From the NCBI GenBank assembly GCA_021816845.1, contig JAKAWT010000001.1, forward strand, positions 326,087 to 390,086: a DNA stretch of 64,000 nt, in the 5' to 3' direction. This DNA comes from a bacterium. Lineage in GTDB: Bacteria; Patescibacteriota; Dojkabacteria; JAKAPS01; JAJZLI01. Of this stretch, positions 21,844 through 33,308 are shown piece by piece. Every line of letters begins with the position of its first letter. Positions within the stretch are counted from its first letter, which is position 1. Position numbers and translations under genes: made by a program. The notes beneath the pieces are model-generated. The model ran no database searches. It saw nothing but the letters and a program-made list of their open reading frames with translations, and was not told where the DNA came from.

Positions 21844-23655
21844 ATGCGAAGAATTTTCACACTCGTAAAAAAAAGTATAAGATATATTAAACACTTTGGA
21901 TTCATTGCTTTTTTAAAAAAAGCCAAGGTCTATATGAAAGATAGGGTGCTACGTAAGAAAGATAATATATCATATCAGGAGTTTGTAAAATCGGAACAAA
22001 AGAGTTTAAATTCAAGATCTAAAATATCAAAAATAAAAAAGGAGATAGAGGATTTTAGATATCAACCCCTTATATCAATAATTATACCTACATATAAAAC
22101 CCCTATAAAATTCTTAAAAGAAGCTATAGGTAGTATACAAAAACAATTTTACCAAAACTTTGAAATTATAATATATGATGATGCATCAAAAAGTGTAGAG
22201 ATTGATAATTATTTTAGAAGTATTGAGATTAAAAATTTAAGAGTATTCTACAATAAAAAAAATTCTGGTATATCTGAAACCTCTAATAACGGGGTTAAAG
22301 AGTCAAATGGGGAATACCTAGTTTTTCTAGATCATGATGATACATTATCACCAAATGCCTTATATGAAATAGTCAAAGTATTAAATAAAAATAGAGATAT
22401 AGACTATCTATATTCAGATGAGGATAAATTATCAAAAAAAGGAGAGAGGGAAGATCCTTTCTTTAAACCTGATTTCTCATATGATATGTTACTATCCTGT
22501 ATGTATATAACACATATAAGGGCAATCAAGAAATCTACATTTTCAAAGTTACATGGACTAGATAAAAGATACGATGGTGCTCAGGATTGGGATTTTGCTC
22601 TGAGACTTTATGAGAAAAAAGGACTATTTTATCACATACCAAAAATTTTATATCACTGGAGAAAAACAGATCAATCAACAGCAGATGATCAATCAAATGC
22701 AAAATCCTATGCATATAAAAGACAAAAGGAACTTTTGGAGGCTCATCTTCGACGATCAAAAATTGAAGCAGAGGTTAAAGAAGGATACTGGCAAGGATCA
22801 TATAAGATAGATTACAAAATAGAGGGCTCAATCCAGGGAGAACCAAAAGTTTCTATAATAATACCATTCCGTGATCAGGTAGAATACCTTAAAACATGTA
22901 TAGATTCCATAAAAGAAAAAACTACATATAAAAATTATAAAATTGTACTAGTAAATAATCAAAGTTCTAAAAAAGATACTCTAGATTATCTAGAAACTTT
23001 GAAGGATAGTAAATACGTAGAGATATTAAATTACAACAGACCTTTCAATTATTCACTGATCAATAATTTTGCTGTAAAAAAAACAAACAGTGATTTTATT
23101 ATCTTTCTAAATTCTGATACAAAAATTATAACCCCTACATGGATAGAGGAGATGCTTAAAATTGCCCAAAGAAAAGATGTAGGTGCTGTAGGGGGATTAC
23201 TTTTGTATAAAGATGATACAGTGCAGCATGGAGGTATCATAGTAGGCCTTGGAGGAGTTGCTGCACACTCTCACAGAGGTTTTGATGGAGCATCTAATGG
23301 TCACGGGGGACTTTTAACTCTAACACGTGATGTATCTGCCATAACTGCAGCATGCATGATGATAGAAAGATCTAAATTTTTAAATGTGAAAGGTTTTGAT
23401 GAGAGTCTAAGGATAGCATATAACGATGTAGATCTATGTTTAAGATTACAAAGAATAGGGTTAAAGAGTATATATACGCCATATATGAGGATATATCACT
23501 TTGAGACAAAAACAAGAAAAAAAACAGTAGGGGAAAATACTATTGATACAGGTATTTTTATAAAAAGGTGGAAATACTTCTTAAAAAAGGGAGATCCTTT
23601 TTATAACCCTAATTTAACCTTAGCAAGAGAGGATTATTCTCTAAGGAAATTATGA
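21844..23655 (+). CDS. tandem two-domain glycosyltransferase family 2
   Basis: There are two GT-A modules (ISIIIPTYKTP...YDDAS and VSIIIPFRDQ...VNNQS), each with DXD-like motifs (DHDD; NSD). Confidence 0.75.
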   Translation: MRRIFTLVKKSIRYIKHFGFIAFLKKAKVYMKDRVLRKKDNISYQEFVKSEQKSLNSRSKISKIKKEIEDFRYQPLISIIIPTYKTPIKFLKEAIGSIQKQFYQNFEIIIYDDASKSVEIDNYFRSIEIKNLRVFYNKKNSGISETSNNGVKESNGEYLVFLDHDDTLSPNALYEIVKVLNKNRDIDYLYSDEDKLSKKGEREDPFFKPDFSYDMLLSCMYITHIRAIKKSTFSKLHGLDKRYDGAQDWDFALRLYEKKGLFYHIPKILYHWRKTDQSTADDQSNAKSYAYKRQKELLEAHLRRSKIEAEVKEGYWQGSYKIDYKIEGSIQGEPKVSIIIPFRDQVEYLKTCIDSIKEKTTYKNYKIVLVNNQSSKKDTLDYLETLKDSKYVEILNYNRPFNYSLINNFAVKKTNSDFIIFLNSDTKIITPTWIEEMLKIAQRKDVGAVGGLLLYKDDTVQHGGIIVGLGGVAAHSHRGFDGASNGHGGLLTLTRDVSAITAACMMIERSKFLNVKGFDESLRIAYNDVDLCLRLQRIGLKSIYTPYMRIYHFETKTRKKTVGENTIDTGIFIKRWKYFLKKGDPFYNPNLTLAREDYSLRKL

Positions 23656-24929
23656 AAAAAATTGCAGTAATAATAGTTAATTATAATGGTTTTGGATTTT
23701 TAGATAAATTATTTTATTCTTTAAAAAATCAAACCCTACAAATATTCAGAGACTTTGATATATATTTTTCCGATAATGGTTCTATTGATGATTCTGTGAG
23801 TTTTGTAGAAATTTTTTATCCAAAAGTAGTAATTTATAGAAATGGAAAGAATCTAGGATTTGCTGAGGGAAATAATATTGTATTAAGAGATATATATAAA
23901 AAATATAAATATATAGTGCTTTTAAATAATGATGTTTATGTTGAAAAAAATTGGTTAAAGGAGCTCGTAAACACAGCTGAAAAATATAAAAATGTTGGGA
24001 TTGCTGGATCTAAGTTACTTTTTTATTATCCATATTTAGATATTATTTTAAAATCAAATAAAAATTATGTAGACAATAATGGCAAAAAAATTTCTTTCAA
24101 AATTAATTATATTCAGATTAATAATAATACATATAATAAGATTGTTTATAAAGATGGTTTTTACGATCCTGAAAATGAAAATGGAGAGATATTTATTCCA
24201 TCTAAAAATATGTCTACTGTATTTTTACCATTTAGGAGGTCATCTGGATATAATTTATATATTTCTATATCAGGGGTAAATAGCACAAAGAAAGAAAAAG
24301 TAGATGTTTTCGTAGGTAAAGATTTTATAGGAGAAATTCAATTAAAGAGTACTTTTGCACACCATCAACTAAAAATAGATAAAAGTATAGTCAGTAAGAA
24401 TAAATTTTTCCTAATTAATAATGCATCTTCTTCATATGATAAAGATGGATATGGGAAAGATATTGGTTTTAAAGAAAAAGATAATCCTAAGTATAATATA
24501 GAAAAAAAGGTAAAGAGTATTTGTGGGGCTTCAATGTTAATAAATACTGATGTATTTAAAGATATTGGGTTTTTAGACAAAAGTTTTTTTATGTATTATG
24601 AAGATACAGATTTTTGTTGGAGAGTAAATAATTCTAAAACATGGAATATATATTATTCTCCAAAATCAGTAGTAAGGCATATTCATACTGGAAGTAGTAA
24701 AGAATGGTCACCATTCTTTATATTTTATGTAAAAAGAAATCGTCTTCTAATGCTTTTAAAAAATGCCCCCTTGAATATTTTTATGAAAAATTTGAAATTA
24801 AGTATAAAAGAAAGTTGGGATATTTTATTATCTAAAAATCCTATTTCGACAAAATATTTAGAGGTTAAAATTATTTTAAGCTTACTTTTTAATTTTCCTA
24901 TAATTTATATAAAAAGGATATTTAAATGA
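23652..24929 (+). CDS. glycosyltransferase family 2 (rhamnosyltransferase-like)
   Basis: The IAVIIVNYNGFGFLDKLFYSLKNQT segment is the signature. There is an ATGA overlap with the upstream gene. Confidence 0.7.
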   Translation: MKKIAVIIVNYNGFGFLDKLFYSLKNQTLQIFRDFDIYFSDNGSIDDSVSFVEIFYPKVVIYRNGKNLGFAEGNNIVLRDIYKKYKYIVLLNNDVYVEKNWLKELVNTAEKYKNVGIAGSKLLFYYPYLDIILKSNKNYVDNNGKKISFKINYIQINNNTYNKIVYKDGFYDPENENGEIFIPSKNMSTVFLPFRRSSGYNLYISISGVNSTKKEKVDVFVGKDFIGEIQLKSTFAHHQLKIDKSIVSKNKFFLINNASSSYDKDGYGKDIGFKEKDNPKYNIEKKVKSICGASMLINTDVFKDIGFLDKSFFMYYEDTDFCWRVNNSKTWNIYYSPKSVVRHIHTGSSKEWSPFFIFYVKRNRLLMLLKNAPLNIFMKNLKLSIKESWDILLSKNPISTKYLEVKIILSLLFNFPIIYIKRIFK

Positions 24930-26512
24930 AAATTCTAATATATAATAAATATATGTCTACAATGGGAGGGGGAGAGAAGCACATTGGTGCTGTTATGGAA
25001 TATTTATCAAAAAATAATGATGTTACAATTCTTACAGATAAAGAATTTGACAAAGAACTTTTCAAAAGTAGATTAAATATAGACTTATCAAAAACAACGG
25101 TTATTGTAAAAAAAACTAATAATAATTGGGAAGTTTCTAAAATTTCATACAATTATGATCTATTTATAAATTCAACATATCAATCAACTGCAATAGGTTG
25201 TGCAAAAAAGAATATATCATTTCTTTTTTTTCCAATAAATTTACATTCTAGAGTCAATGTAAAATACAAAATATTTTTCAGGCATTTTGTGGAGAATTTT
25301 TTATTTTTAGGATACAAGTTTATTTCACCAATTCATCCTCTAGAAAGCTATAATTCAAAATTAGGTAATTGGGTAGATTCTGATATGTTTATTTTTCTAA
25401 ATCATAACTTAGGAGTAAATAAAATAAAATTAACATATATAAACCCATCTGATACTAAATTAGAAAAAAGAATAATAAGTATAAAAGTAGGTCAAAATAA
25501 AGTTGATTATAAAATAGATAATGATGTTTTGATTATTAACATACCAAAAGTAATGACCAAAAGAGATAGTTTGCTCGTTATTAGAATGCATCCTTTTAAA
25601 CATGAAAAACTGAGTAAATTTAAAAATGTTTCTAATTCGGGAATTTTTTTAACAGATGTTCATCTTAATTATAATAAAAAATCATATATTATATTAAGAA
25701 AGTTTTTGAAAAAGATTTTCTTTGTATTAAATATTCTAAATTATATTTATAGCAAATATGAAGCAGCAAATATTTTAAATTTTATAAATTATTATGATTT
25801 ATTTATTGCAAATTCTAGTTATACTCAATACTATATAAAAAAATTTCTTGCAGTTGATTCAAAGGTGCTTTTTCCTCCAATTGATACAGATATATTTTAT
25901 TCATCTGATCATAAGAAAAACTATATCATTAGTGTTGGTAGATTCTTTTTCGGTTCCCACAATAAAAAACATTTAGAAATGATTGCAACTTTCAAAAAGA
26001 TGTACGATGCTGACAAAAACCTTTTTAAGGATTGGGAGTACCATATATGTGGTGGAGTAGAAAAGAGTAAAATTCATAAAATGTATTTTGAAAAAGTGAA
26101 AGAAGCTGCTATCGGATATCCTATATTTATACATGAAAATATAAAACTTAAAGATTTAATAATACTATATTCTGAATCAAAAATTTTTTGGCATGCCGCA
26201 GGTTTTAATGAAAATGAAGATGTATCACCAGAGAGATTTGAGCATTTTGGCATTACTACTGTTGAGGCAATGTCTGCTGGATGTGTTCCTATTGTTATAA
26301 ATAAGGCAGGACAAAAACAAATAATTGAAAATCATAAAAATGGCATTTTATGGAATGATATCAATGAATTATCAAGTAATACAATATTACTTGTACAAAA
26401 TGAAACCGAGAGATTGAAACTTTCTAAGGAAGCAATCAAAAGAAGTAAAATGTTTTCTAGAGAGCATTTTTATAATAGAACAAAGATTTTAATACAACAA
26501 TTATATAATTAG
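24926..26512 (+). CDS. glycosyltransferase family 4 (GT-B)
   Basis: The C-terminal EHFGITTVEAMSAGCVPIV segment is the GT4 E-x7-E region. Confidence 0.7.
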   Translation: MKILIYNKYMSTMGGGEKHIGAVMEYLSKNNDVTILTDKEFDKELFKSRLNIDLSKTTVIVKKTNNNWEVSKISYNYDLFINSTYQSTAIGCAKKNISFLFFPINLHSRVNVKYKIFFRHFVENFLFLGYKFISPIHPLESYNSKLGNWVDSDMFIFLNHNLGVNKIKLTYINPSDTKLEKRIISIKVGQNKVDYKIDNDVLIINIPKVMTKRDSLLVIRMHPFKHEKLSKFKNVSNSGIFLTDVHLNYNKKSYIILRKFLKKIFFVLNILNYIYSKYEAANILNFINYYDLFIANSSYTQYYIKKFLAVDSKVLFPPIDTDIFYSSDHKKNYIISVGRFFFGSHNKKHLEMIATFKKMYDADKNLFKDWEYHICGGVEKSKIHKMYFEKVKEAAIGYPIFIHENIKLKDLIILYSESKIFWHAAGFNENEDVSPERFEHFGITTVEAMSAGCVPIVINKAGQKQIIENHKNGILWNDINELSSNTILLVQNETERLKLSKEAIKRSKMFSREHFYNRTKILIQQLYN

Positions 26513-26513
26513 C

Positions 26514-27113
26514 TTACAAACAGGATAGAGTAATAAAATTACTAATTTTTATAGTAGAATTATTCAATTTGTCATATAGCTTTCTATTTGAATATTTTAT
26601 ATACATACTTTTATTTTCTAGACAAGTTCCTAATATATAATTTTTGGCAACTATATTATTACCATAATCAATTGTATTATCTTTTTTGAATGGAATATAA
26701 AAATAATATGTAGAGTTAGAATTTGTTTTAATTTGTATTTTTTTCATTAGGGGAGTATTGAATGTGGTATTTCTACAATTTGGGTAATTTGAAGCACTAC
26801 TCATATTTAACTGAGGATTTATTACTGTTTTACACAATGTATAACTACTAAGAAGGTTTCCGTTATTTGAATATAGATCTATTATAGAAGGGACACTTTG
26901 ATCTGTTAATGTAAATATTTCATTGGGATAATAATGATATTCTTTGAAATATTTTGTTATTAGAGAATTGATACTATTAATACTATTTTTTCTTAGATTA
27001 TCTCTATATTGCTTACCTTGAATATTTATATGTAATATAGTAATTGCTAATATAATAGCAAAAACTACGACAATTACTGTTATGATAGAATCATTGGTAT
27101 AATACTTTCTCAT
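26514..27113 (-). CDS. hypothetical N-terminally anchored protein
   Basis: It has a single N-terminal TM segment followed by a polar domain. Confidence 0.4.
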   Translation of the reverse strand: MRKYYTNDSIITVIVVVFAIILAITILHINIQGKQYRDNLRKNSINSINSLITKYFKEYHYYPNEIFTLTDQSVPSIIDLYSNNGNLLSSYTLCKTVINPQLNMSSASNYPNCRNTTFNTPLMKKIQIKTNSNSTYYFYIPFKKDNTIDYGNNIVAKNYILGTCLENKSMYIKYSNRKLYDKLNNSTIKISNFITLSCL

Positions 27114-27152
27114 ATAAGAGTGATTATATAGTAATTTAAAGATAAAATAAAA

Positions 27153-29777
27153 ATGATGTCGGTAATAATAATACTTTTTGTAACATTTATTATATTTAGT
27201 CTAATCTCATTTATTTTTGGTTTTCCATTTCTGTATTTTCTAAATAGAAAACTATTAGTTAAATATCCAGTGCTGGTCATGGTTACAGGTACATTATTTA
27301 TAATGTTACCTCTATATCTTATATATATCATTAACTTTGCTCCTATTGGGTGGTGGGTTTTATTAATTGTATTTATATTTTTTAGTATATATATATTTGT
27401 TAAAGATAGAAAAGTGTTTCTAATCTTTACAAAAAAAGAATTTTATTTTCCTTACATTGTAACATTTATTATTTTTATAATATGTTTAACTCCAACTATT
27501 AAAGCTAACCTTATATCTTTTTTAGCTTATAACACTGATTTAGTAGAGCATATTCATACAGCAGTTCTATATTCACAAGGAAAATATATCTTTAGTGATT
27601 ATCCTGGATACCATATATTATTGGCATTTTTCTATAGACTATCTTTATCAAGTAATATAGTGTCTTCGTTTGTAATTTTTAATGCGTTTTTGGTCTCACT
27701 TTTATTCCTGGTTCTATATTTTTTGACTAATAATCTTATTAAAATAAAAAGCTCTAGATATAAATATTTTACATATTTTGTTCTTTTTGTAATATCATTA
27801 TCTCCATTAGTTATCTGGGCATCTGAAGATAATTTTGCTCCACAATTAATAGGGATTATAGCCACTCCGATGGTTGTAGCGTTTTCTTTTCATATGATAA
27901 AAGATAAATTTTCTATATCTTCTATATTTCTTACATCATTTTCTATTGCAATAATACTATATTCCTACCCTGCAGCAGCATTATCTATAGCTGCACTACT
28001 TTTAATATTTTATATATGTCAAATAAAGAATATAAAAAAACTAATTATTCTAACTTTATTTTTAATATTATTGATAATTCCGTTTTATAAAAGTACTTCA
28101 GATTTTGTTTTAGGGACGTCTTCTAGTATTAGTAGTAAAATATCTATAAACCCTAATATATCTGGAGGATTTTTTAGAAGGAATACGCTTCCATCCTTAA
28201 TAGGTATTATACCAGTATATAGGGTGTATAATGGTCCAGATTTGGATAACCCTCCCAGGTTAAGTGTAGTTTATAACAATACTAATTTTAGATATCTTGT
28301 AAATATAGTATTCCTACTCTTTATATTTTTTGTTCCTTTTCTAATATATATATTTAGAAAAAATTATAGAATTTTATCCTTAATTATTGGAGATATCATT
28401 ATTAATATATTTGCGTATTTTCATATATCTCCATATGGTGATTTTAAAGTTATATCTTTTAATGTTTTTGTATTACCGTTTATTTTAGTGCTATCCATTT
28501 TCTATCTTAATAAAAATACTAATGTTTTCCATAGAGTACTAAGGAATATAGCTTTTATACTATTAGTATTATTTCTATTCTTGTCTTTACTTGCGAGTTT
28601 CTTGATGATAATAGATACAACGCATGTAGTTATACAGCAAAAAGCAGTAAATTCTTTATATAACAAAGTAAATTCTATCATACCCAAAGGATCAAAAGTA
28701 TTATTTATTGATAGTAACCTTAACAATGAAATTATATTCAAATCTTTGATGCATAATTATAATGTTTTTGAATACAATAACTTTAATAGTTCTACTAAGT
28801 CTCTAAAAAAACTTGGGTTAGGAAAAAACAGTATCATAGATAATTATGTGACTACAAATATGAATATTTATAAAAATATTCTTCAATACAAATATATTAT
28901 TATTAATAGTCATTACATGGATAATTATCAACAATTTCTATTACCAGAAAATTTTATTTTCCAAAGTAATATAGCTGGTTATGATGTCTTTAAGAATATA
29001 TATATTAATTATACATACATAAATTTAGAAAAGGTGAATAATTTAGGGGTGAATCAACCATATATTATAAATAAATCTTTAGATCTAAACAATATATTAA
29101 ATATAAAAAATATTAATAATAGTCATAGTGTAGTACTATCTTTAATGTCATTTGGTGGTAACAATATTAATGTGGGTAACAAAAGTATAGTGTTAAATAA
29201 TGGATACAAAATAGTAAAATTGGATAATTCTTATTTGAATAAAGAATTAACTTTTGATAACAAAAATCCTATTTTGCTTTATAATATATCTATATTGAAT
29301 AAAAAACAATTAGCTTTTCTAGGTTTATATACTAGAACAACTTTAAATTTATATAACCATTTTATAATACCTAATATTTTGAACAATAATTTAAATATTA
29401 AAGTTGGGACTATATATGATAGAGCTTACCTAGGTTGGTTTAGAAATATGCATTCATTTGGAGGAGACAGTACATATAGATTTTCTAAAATAAATTCAAT
29501 TTTATCAGTCCCAATTAGAGGAAATTATTCAAAGTTGAACCTTAATATTAACATGGGAATGTTTGGGTTATCAAATAGATATACGGATATAATACTATCA
29601 ACCAATAAATGTAGAAATATTCATTCATATTTATTAAATAGTAATGATAAAGTAAACAGTTTCAAATTATCTATCCCTGAAAATTGTATACCAAATAACT
29701 ATTTAGAATTATATTTTCAAAATGTTCATTATGGAAACCAGGTTCTATTTACAAATATATCTATAAGTAAAAATTAA
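27153..29777 (+). CDS. large polytopic membrane protein, putative GT-C-fold glycosyltransferase or polymerase
   Basis: It has roughly 12 or more TM helices in the first 480 aa and a large C-terminal Asn-rich extracytoplasmic domain, and it lies within the glycosylation locus. Confidence 0.45.
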   Translation: MMSVIIILFVTFIIFSLISFIFGFPFLYFLNRKLLVKYPVLVMVTGTLFIMLPLYLIYIINFAPIGWWVLLIVFIFFSIYIFVKDRKVFLIFTKKEFYFPYIVTFIIFIICLTPTIKANLISFLAYNTDLVEHIHTAVLYSQGKYIFSDYPGYHILLAFFYRLSLSSNIVSSFVIFNAFLVSLLFLVLYFLTNNLIKIKSSRYKYFTYFVLFVISLSPLVIWASEDNFAPQLIGIIATPMVVAFSFHMIKDKFSISSIFLTSFSIAIILYSYPAAALSIAALLLIFYICQIKNIKKLIILTLFLILLIIPFYKSTSDFVLGTSSSISSKISINPNISGGFFRRNTLPSLIGIIPVYRVYNGPDLDNPPRLSVVYNNTNFRYLVNIVFLLFIFFVPFLIYIFRKNYRILSLIIGDIIINIFAYFHISPYGDFKVISFNVFVLPFILVLSIFYLNKNTNVFHRVLRNIAFILLVLFLFLSLLASFLMIIDTTHVVIQQKAVNSLYNKVNSIIPKGSKVLFIDSNLNNEIIFKSLMHNYNVFEYNNFNSSTKSLKKLGLGKNSIIDNYVTTNMNIYKNILQYKYIIINSHYMDNYQQFLLPENFIFQSNIAGYDVFKNIYINYTYINLEKVNNLGVNQPYIINKSLDLNNILNIKNINNSHSVVLSLMSFGGNNINVGNKSIVLNNGYKIVKLDNSYLNKELTFDNKNPILLYNISILNKKQLAFLGLYTRTTLNLYNHFIIPNILNNNLNIKVGTIYDRAYLGWFRNMHSFGGDSTYRFSKINSILSVPIRGNYSKLNLNINMGMFGLSNRYTDIILSTNKCRNIHSYLLNSNDKVNSFKLSIPENCIPNNYLELYFQNVHYGNQVLFTNISISKN

Positions 29778-29945
29778 TAACAAATATAGTGGATAGTTCT
29801 CAGTTAGAATATTTTTATTAAAGTTTTAATATTTTTAGACACCTAAAGTTAATTTAATGTTATAATCATTATTATATGAGAATAGCAATATTAACTCCAA
29901 CTTTTTCAAAATTTAGTGGTATAGATAGGGTTGTAGAAATATAGA

Positions 29946-31148
29946 TTGGCTATGGATTTTACAAATATGAGTAATAAGAAAATAATGTATATTCATTGGT
30001 TATATAAACCCTATGTAATTGGTGGAGGAGAAACATATCTAGAAAATTTAATAGAGTATCAGCTAAAGAATACTTCCAATAGAATAATATTATTAACGAG
30101 TAAGCCATTTAAAAGCTTCAAAGATTTATTTCCAGCAAAGTATCAAGAAGGTGATAGGTTTATAATTTATAGGTATTATCCTTTAAATATCTATTTTGGA
30201 GGTAATACTAATAATAAACCATTTATTTTTAAAGTTGTTTGGTATTTTTTTAATATTTGGAACATACATCAATATTTAGTTACTAAAAAAGTCTTGGAAA
30301 TAGAAAAACCTGACTTTGTACATTTAACAAGCTCTCATAGTGGAGCAGTATTTTCTGCAATTAAAAAATATAGAACGTTGCTAACTATTCATGCTTATGA
30401 ATTAATACCGTATCCTTTTTTAAAAAGTAAAAAGAAGAATATATTGGTTGAAATATATATAAAAATTAAAAGATTTCAGACTAAGCAGATTAATACTGTA
30501 ATTTTTCCTTCTAAATTTATATCTAACTATCATAGTACTTATAAATTTTTTCCAAAATCTCAAAAACATGTTATTTATAATGGAATAAATATACCATCTA
30601 AGGTGAAATTAAAAGATACATATATGAGTAAAGATATAGTTTTTATGGGACAATTAGAAGAGTACAAGGGATTAAGGGTTTTGATTGAATGGGCATTAAA
30701 ATATATTAATGATTATGGATATATATTACATATTTTAGGTAAGGGTAGTATGGGAGAATATATAAAAGATGTTATACCTAAGAATGATAATATTATTTTT
30801 GATGGATTTATTAATAATAATAGAAGATTTAACATTCTATCGAGTGCCAAATTTTTTATATTACCATCGATATTTTTAGAGAATAACCCGATGTCAATAT
30901 TAGAATCTTTAAGTTTTGGGACTCCAGTAATAGCAAATAATGTGGGGGGTGTATCAGAACTAATAAAAGATGATGAGACGGGATTCTTAATTAATGATTT
31001 AAATATAATAAATCTCAATAAGGTAATAAAGAAAATCAGCTTTATAGATGAGAAAAGATATAATAATATGAAGAAAAAATGCTTTGATCTATCTAAGGAA
31101 TATAGCATTGATAAAAATATGAAAAAAGTACTTGAATTATATAAATAA
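29946..31148 (+). CDS. glycosyltransferase family 4
   Basis: The PSIFLENNPMSILESLSFGTPVIANNVGG segment is the signature. Confidence 0.7.
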   Translation: MAMDFTNMSNKKIMYIHWLYKPYVIGGGETYLENLIEYQLKNTSNRIILLTSKPFKSFKDLFPAKYQEGDRFIIYRYYPLNIYFGGNTNNKPFIFKVVWYFFNIWNIHQYLVTKKVLEIEKPDFVHLTSSHSGAVFSAIKKYRTLLTIHAYELIPYPFLKSKKKNILVEIYIKIKRFQTKQINTVIFPSKFISNYHSTYKFFPKSQKHVIYNGINIPSKVKLKDTYMSKDIVFMGQLEEYKGLRVLIEWALKYINDYGYILHILGKGSMGEYIKDVIPKNDNIIFDGFINNNRRFNILSSAKFFILPSIFLENNPMSILESLSFGTPVIANNVGGVSELIKDDETGFLINDLNIINLNKVIKKISFIDEKRYNNMKKKCFDLSKEYSIDKNMKKVLELYK

Positions 31149-31153
31149 AAATT

Positions 31154-32158
31154 ATGCCTAAAGTTTCAATAATAACAATCAATTATAATGGTCTTGAGGA
31201 TACTATTGGATGTTTAGAATCTCTAAAAAAAATAACATACCCTAATTATGAGGTTTTTGTTGTTGATAACGCATCAAAAAATAGAGAAGGTGAGAAATTA
31301 AAAAATAAATTTGGTAATTATATTAATTTAATTCAGAGTGATAAAAATTTAGGATTTTCAGGAGGTAATAATCTTGCTATTAGGGAAGTTATTAAAGAAG
31401 AAAAATCAAAATATATTTGTTTATTGAATAATGATACTATAGTTGAGAGAGATTTTTTAGACTATTTAGTTACTACAGCCGAAAAAAATAGAGAAATATG
31501 CTCTGTATCACCACAAATCTTAAAATATTATGATAGGAACAAAATAGATAGCCTTGGGATGTCCTACTATAAGAGTGGTTTAGTTTTTAAGATTAACAAT
31601 AATAAACTCAAAAATTCTATATTAGAAGATAAATTATTTACTGCGAATGGTAGCTGTGGACTATATAGCATAAATTCACTAAAGGATATTTGTTATGATA
31701 ATCAATATTTTGACGAAGATTTCTTTATGTACTCAGAAGAATTAGATTTAGGATTTAGATTGATACATGCTGGTTATTATCCATCTTATAATATAAAGTC
31801 AATTATATATCATAAGGTTGGGTCTTCTCTGGGAGGAGATAATAGTAATTTTTCCAGATATTATACTGTACGTAATACTTTCTTTGTTATCTATAAAAAT
31901 TATCCTACGTATTTTTTATTTAAATACTTTGTATCAATATTAATTATGCAATTTGCAATGTTCATGTTATATATTAAGAGAGGGAAATTAAGGTTATTCA
32001 TAAGATCATATAAAGATATGTTTTATATGGTATCTATAATGTATAAAAAAAGAAAATATATATTAAAAAATTCCAAAGTAGGGAATATGGGTTTATTAAA
32101 ATATTTTGAGAAATCTGTTTTTCCAATTAAATATTCTTATTTTATAAAAGAAAAATAA
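31154..32158 (+). CDS. glycosyltransferase family 2
   Basis: The VSIITINYNGLEDTIGCLESL...VVDNAS segment is the signature. Confidence 0.7.
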   Translation: MPKVSIITINYNGLEDTIGCLESLKKITYPNYEVFVVDNASKNREGEKLKNKFGNYINLIQSDKNLGFSGGNNLAIREVIKEEKSKYICLLNNDTIVERDFLDYLVTTAEKNREICSVSPQILKYYDRNKIDSLGMSYYKSGLVFKINNNKLKNSILEDKLFTANGSCGLYSINSLKDICYDNQYFDEDFFMYSEELDLGFRLIHAGYYPSYNIKSIIYHKVGSSLGGDNSNFSRYYTVRNTFFVIYKNYPTYFLFKYFVSILIMQFAMFMLYIKRGKLRLFIRSYKDMFYMVSIMYKKRKYILKNSKVGNMGLLKYFEKSVFPIKYSYFIKEK

Positions 32159-32170
32159 ATAAGTGATTAC

Positions 32171-33304
32171 CTATACAATAGGTAATCTATTTAATTTTAA
32201 ATTAAACTCCTCTATTGTATATTTATTAGAATCTCTTTGGGCATTGATAGCAACTTCTATATCATAATTTTTAATTATCCTTAAAGTTTTATTTATAAGT
32301 TCCTTTTCTGTATCCCACATGAATCCATTTATGTTGTTATTTATAATTTCCTTTTGCCCACCTTTATTAATAACTATTGGTATACAAGCAAAATACATAG
32401 ATTCAATAGTAGTCATTCCAAAATGTTCCATCTTTTCTGGGTATTTTTTTTCGTCTATCCCATATCCAGTAGCATGCCAATATATCTTAGAAATTTTATA
32501 AAACTTTATTATCTCCTCAATGGGCATATTTTGCTTTATGTCTATATTATAACTTTCTGCTAATTTTTTGAGTGTATTTAAATATGAAGTGTCCTCCTTT
32601 TTCACTGCTCCTATTAAAACTAGTTTCCATTTTTTAGTGTAAGGATACAAATCATTCATTTTTTTGAATGTTTTTATGAGTGTTATTTGTTTCTTATTAT
32701 GACCTTCCTTGGTGAATCTGCCAACTGAAAGGATTATATTTTTCTTATTTTTCAATAATTCTTTAATATCAATCTTATTCTCTTTGAAATATATAGGAGG
32801 AGTAATAATTATTGGTTCTATATCATATAGATCTTTGATGTATCCAGCAGTGAAATCGGAATTAGCTATATAAATTCTTTTCCTTTTAATTCTTTGTAAA
32901 TATAGAAGCAGTTTTTTTATTAAAGTATTAGCTTTTATAGGAAACTGAACCATATAAATATTTATATGTGAAAGCATTGGTAATGGGATGTCATTTGTAA
33001 GATATATGGTTACATAAAAAAATTTTGAATAGATAATTAATCTAAAAATACTAATATAATTCTTTATTTTATGATCTTTAATCTGAAATGCTGTATCGAA
33101 GTACTTAAATTTTGTATTAGAATTAAACTCAATTTGAAATCTCTCTTTGTATTTTTCAATAATATTATCTTTTGTATTACCACGTGGGACTACAAATGTT
33201 ATCTGATATTTATCTTTTAGATAGTTATACATACAACCAATATATTTTTCTCCCCCTCCCCATGTATTAATATATGGATCAATTATCAATAATTTTTTCT
33301 TCAT
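32171..33304 (-). CDS. glycosyltransferase family 4
   Basis: The EHFGMTTIESMYFACIPIVINKGG segment is the signature. Confidence 0.7.
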   Translation of the reverse strand: MKKKLLIIDPYINTWGGGEKYIGCMYNYLKDKYQITFVVPRGNTKDNIIEKYKERFQIEFNSNTKFKYFDTAFQIKDHKIKNYISIFRLIIYSKFFYVTIYLTNDIPLPMLSHINIYMVQFPIKANTLIKKLLLYLQRIKRKRIYIANSDFTAGYIKDLYDIEPIIITPPIYFKENKIDIKELLKNKKNIILSVGRFTKEGHNKKQITLIKTFKKMNDLYPYTKKWKLVLIGAVKKEDTSYLNTLKKLAESYNIDIKQNMPIEEIIKFYKISKIYWHATGYGIDEKKYPEKMEHFGMTTIESMYFACIPIVINKGGQKEIINNNINGFMWDTEKELINKTLRIIKNYDIEVAINAQRDSNKYTIEEFNLKLNRLPIV

Positions 33305-33308
33305 AGTA